Positions 62,765 through 64,000 of a stretch of DNA of 64,000 bases are shown one piece after another (within the stretch, counting starts at the first letter, position 1; the number at the start of each line of letters is the position of its first letter). Below the pieces are notes generated by a model, which was not told the origin of the DNA, made no database searches, and saw only the letters and a program-made list of their open reading frames with translations. The position numbers and the translations under genes are program-made. The stretch lies in assembly GCA_035457825.1 (NCBI GenBank), contig DATIAY010000005.1:2722-66721 (forward strand), in the 5' to 3' direction. Origin of the DNA: Candidatus Methylomirabilota bacterium (lineage in GTDB: Bacteria > Methylomirabilota > Methylomirabilia > Rokubacteriales > CSP1-6).

Positions 62765-63541
62765 GTGATCCCCAACCATGTGAAGCAGACGCTCCGAGCC
62801 GGCCGGCCCCAGTTCGGCACACTCTTGAATTTCGGTGACCCGCTGGTGGCCGAGATGATGGCCGCCGTGGGCTTCGACTGGCTCCTGGTCGACACCGAGC
62901 ACGGACCGATCGACCTCGCCACGCTCGCCACCATGTTCGCCACGATCACCCGCTACCCGGTGGCGCCTCTGGCCCGCGTGCCGGCCCTGGCCGAGGAGGA
63001 CTTCAAGCGCGTGCTCGACGCCGGGGCCTGGGGCGTGCTGGCGCCCAACGTGCGCTCGCGGCAAGAGGCCGAGCTGCTGGTGGCCGCGTGCAAGTATCCG
63101 CCGGCTGGCATCCGCAGCCTGGGCGCGGGCCGTTTCGCGCTCTCGTTCAAGACCGACCCGGCTACCTACTTCGCCCGGGCCAACGACGAGCTGCTGCTCA
63201 TTGCCCAGATCGAGCACATCGAGGCCGTGAAGAACATCGACGCAATCCTGTCCGTGCCCGGTGTCGATGCGTGCTACGTGGGGCCCAACGATCTCTGCGC
63301 CTCGATGGGGTTGGCGCCCTCGCTGGAGCCGCCCCATCAGGAGTTCGCGGACGCCATGCGAACCGTCCTGGCCGCCGCCCGCCGCCACGGGGTGATCCCG
63401 GGTATTCACTGCGCCACCGCCGAGACCGTGAACCGCCGCATCGCCGAGGGCTGGCCCCTGGTGGGGATGATCAACGACCAGCGATTCCTCACCGGAGCGG
63501 CTCGGGCCGCCCGCGATGCCGTCAAGACCGGGCGCGCATGA
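62765..63541 (+). CDS. HpcH/HpaI family aldolase
   Basis: ..NHVKQTLRAGRPQFGTLLNFGDPLVAEMMAAVGFDWLLVDTEHGP.. is typical of HpcH/HpaI. The start is taken at GTG 62765 (SD GAGGG); the track ORF starts at 62717. Confidence 0.8.
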   Translation: MIPNHVKQTLRAGRPQFGTLLNFGDPLVAEMMAAVGFDWLLVDTEHGPIDLATLATMFATITRYPVAPLARVPALAEEDFKRVLDAGAWGVLAPNVRSRQEAELLVAACKYPPAGIRSLGAGRFALSFKTDPATYFARANDELLLIAQIEHIEAVKNIDAILSVPGVDACYVGPNDLCASMGLAPSLEPPHQEFADAMRTVLAAARRHGVIPGIHCATAETVNRRIAEGWPLVGMINDQRFLTGAARAARDAVKTGRA

Positions 63542-64000
63542 GCGGAACGCCAAGCCGGTTGGGTCTGGCCGTGCCCTTCTTCCACGCGCTGGGGACCGCC
63601 GAATACGTGGCCCTGGCTCGCGAGGCCGAAGCCCGCGGATACGATACGGCCTGGACCGCCGAGGTCGCCGGCCAGGACGCCTTCACGACGATGACGCTCA
63701 TCGCCAGCCAGACGACGCGGCTCCGAGTGGCCACCGGCGTCGTCCCCGTGCAGACTCGCACGCCGATCGTGCTCGGGATGACCGCGGCGACGCTGGCCAA
63801 CGTGGCGCCCGGACGTATCGCGCTGGGGCTCGGCGTCTCCAGCCCGGTCATCGTGGGCCAGTGGCACGGCCTGCCCTTTCGCAAGCCGCTCCAGCAGCTT
63901 CGGGAGGCGGTGCAAGTGATCCGCCTGGTGCTGGCCGGCGAGCGGGTGAACTTCGACGGCGAGTTCTACCATCTGCGCAACTTCCGCCTCAGCCTGAAGG
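63538..64000 (+). CDS. LLM class flavin/F420-dependent oxidoreductase (3' end runs off the window)
   Basis: ATGA overlap with the upstream stop. MSGTPSRLGLAVPFFHALGTAEYVALAREAEARGYDTAWTAEVAGQDAFTTMTLIAS.TTRLRVATGVVP...RTP is luciferase-like. The frame is open to the window end. Confidence 0.8.
   Translation, partial: MSGTPSRLGLAVPFFHALGTAEYVALAREAEARGYDTAWTAEVAGQDAFTTMTLIASQTTRLRVATGVVPVQTRTPIVLGMTAATLANVAPGRIALGLGVSSPVIVGQWHGLPFRKPLQQLREAVQVIRLVLAGERVNFDGEFYHLRNFRLSLK

Overview
Visibly GC-rich bacterial chromosomal segment, with third codon positions almost always G/C. It is densely packed with about 65 protein genes. I recognised no rRNA, tRNA, CRISPR array or intact mobile element.

The ORF track is heavily polluted by long antisense or out-of-frame ORFs, as expected for high-GC DNA. 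Genes were chosen by recognisable protein families, Shine-Dalgarno (SD) context and 4-nt start/stop overlaps. Many true starts are internal GTG/ATG codons of the listed ORFs.

Main gene blocks:
- **Left end:** a truncated M20 peptidase and a decayed RHH/MazF-like toxin-antitoxin pair.
- **Small genes:** a MarR regulator with a divergent membrane protein, cytochrome c, a Wza-like exporter, a crotonase, a voltage-gated K+ channel, PduO-type adenosyltransferase, an MFS transporter and UbiD.
- **Catabolic operon (minus strand, 21010->10893):** nine tightly coupled genes, in order CoxG, MDR dehydrogenase, acyl-CoA synthetase, crotonase, LLM oxidoreductase, VOC, TAXI-TRAP binding protein, amidohydrolase, fused TRAP permease.
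- **Housekeeping genes:**
  - aspartate aminotransferase, coaD, rsmD, recG, rpmB;
  - relA/spoT, secF, secD, yajC, tgt, queA;
  - spoIID-like, ruvB, ruvA, ruvC, yebC.
- **Pupylation/proteasome enzymes:** mpa-dop-prcB-prcA-pafA, apparently complete, but with no pup gene in the locus.
- **Right end:** a hybrid sensor kinase, bactofilin, the hutU-hutI-hutF-hutH operon, fabI, an HpcH-type aldolase and a truncated LLM oxidoreductase.

Most unusual observations:
1. Two tandem 12-codon poly-lysine micro-ORFs (MAKKKAAKKKKK and MAKKKKAGKKKK), each with its own strong SD. They lie just downstream of an unassignable 349-aa wHTH protein, which is expressed from an AT-rich, palindrome-bearing spacer shared with an HxlR regulator.
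2. The pup-less proteasome cluster, whose dop-prcB spacer is filled with mutually exclusive GC hairpins.
3. GC-rich palindromic or tandem repeat units sitting in-frame inside genes (acyl-CoA synthetase, the ruvC 3' end, a thioesterase linker), plus a 2 x 74 bp tandem repeat in the recG-rsmD spacer.
4. A bacterial Clp1/Grc3-type polynucleotide kinase homologue.

All family calls come from by-eye motif recognition. No searches or computations were run.
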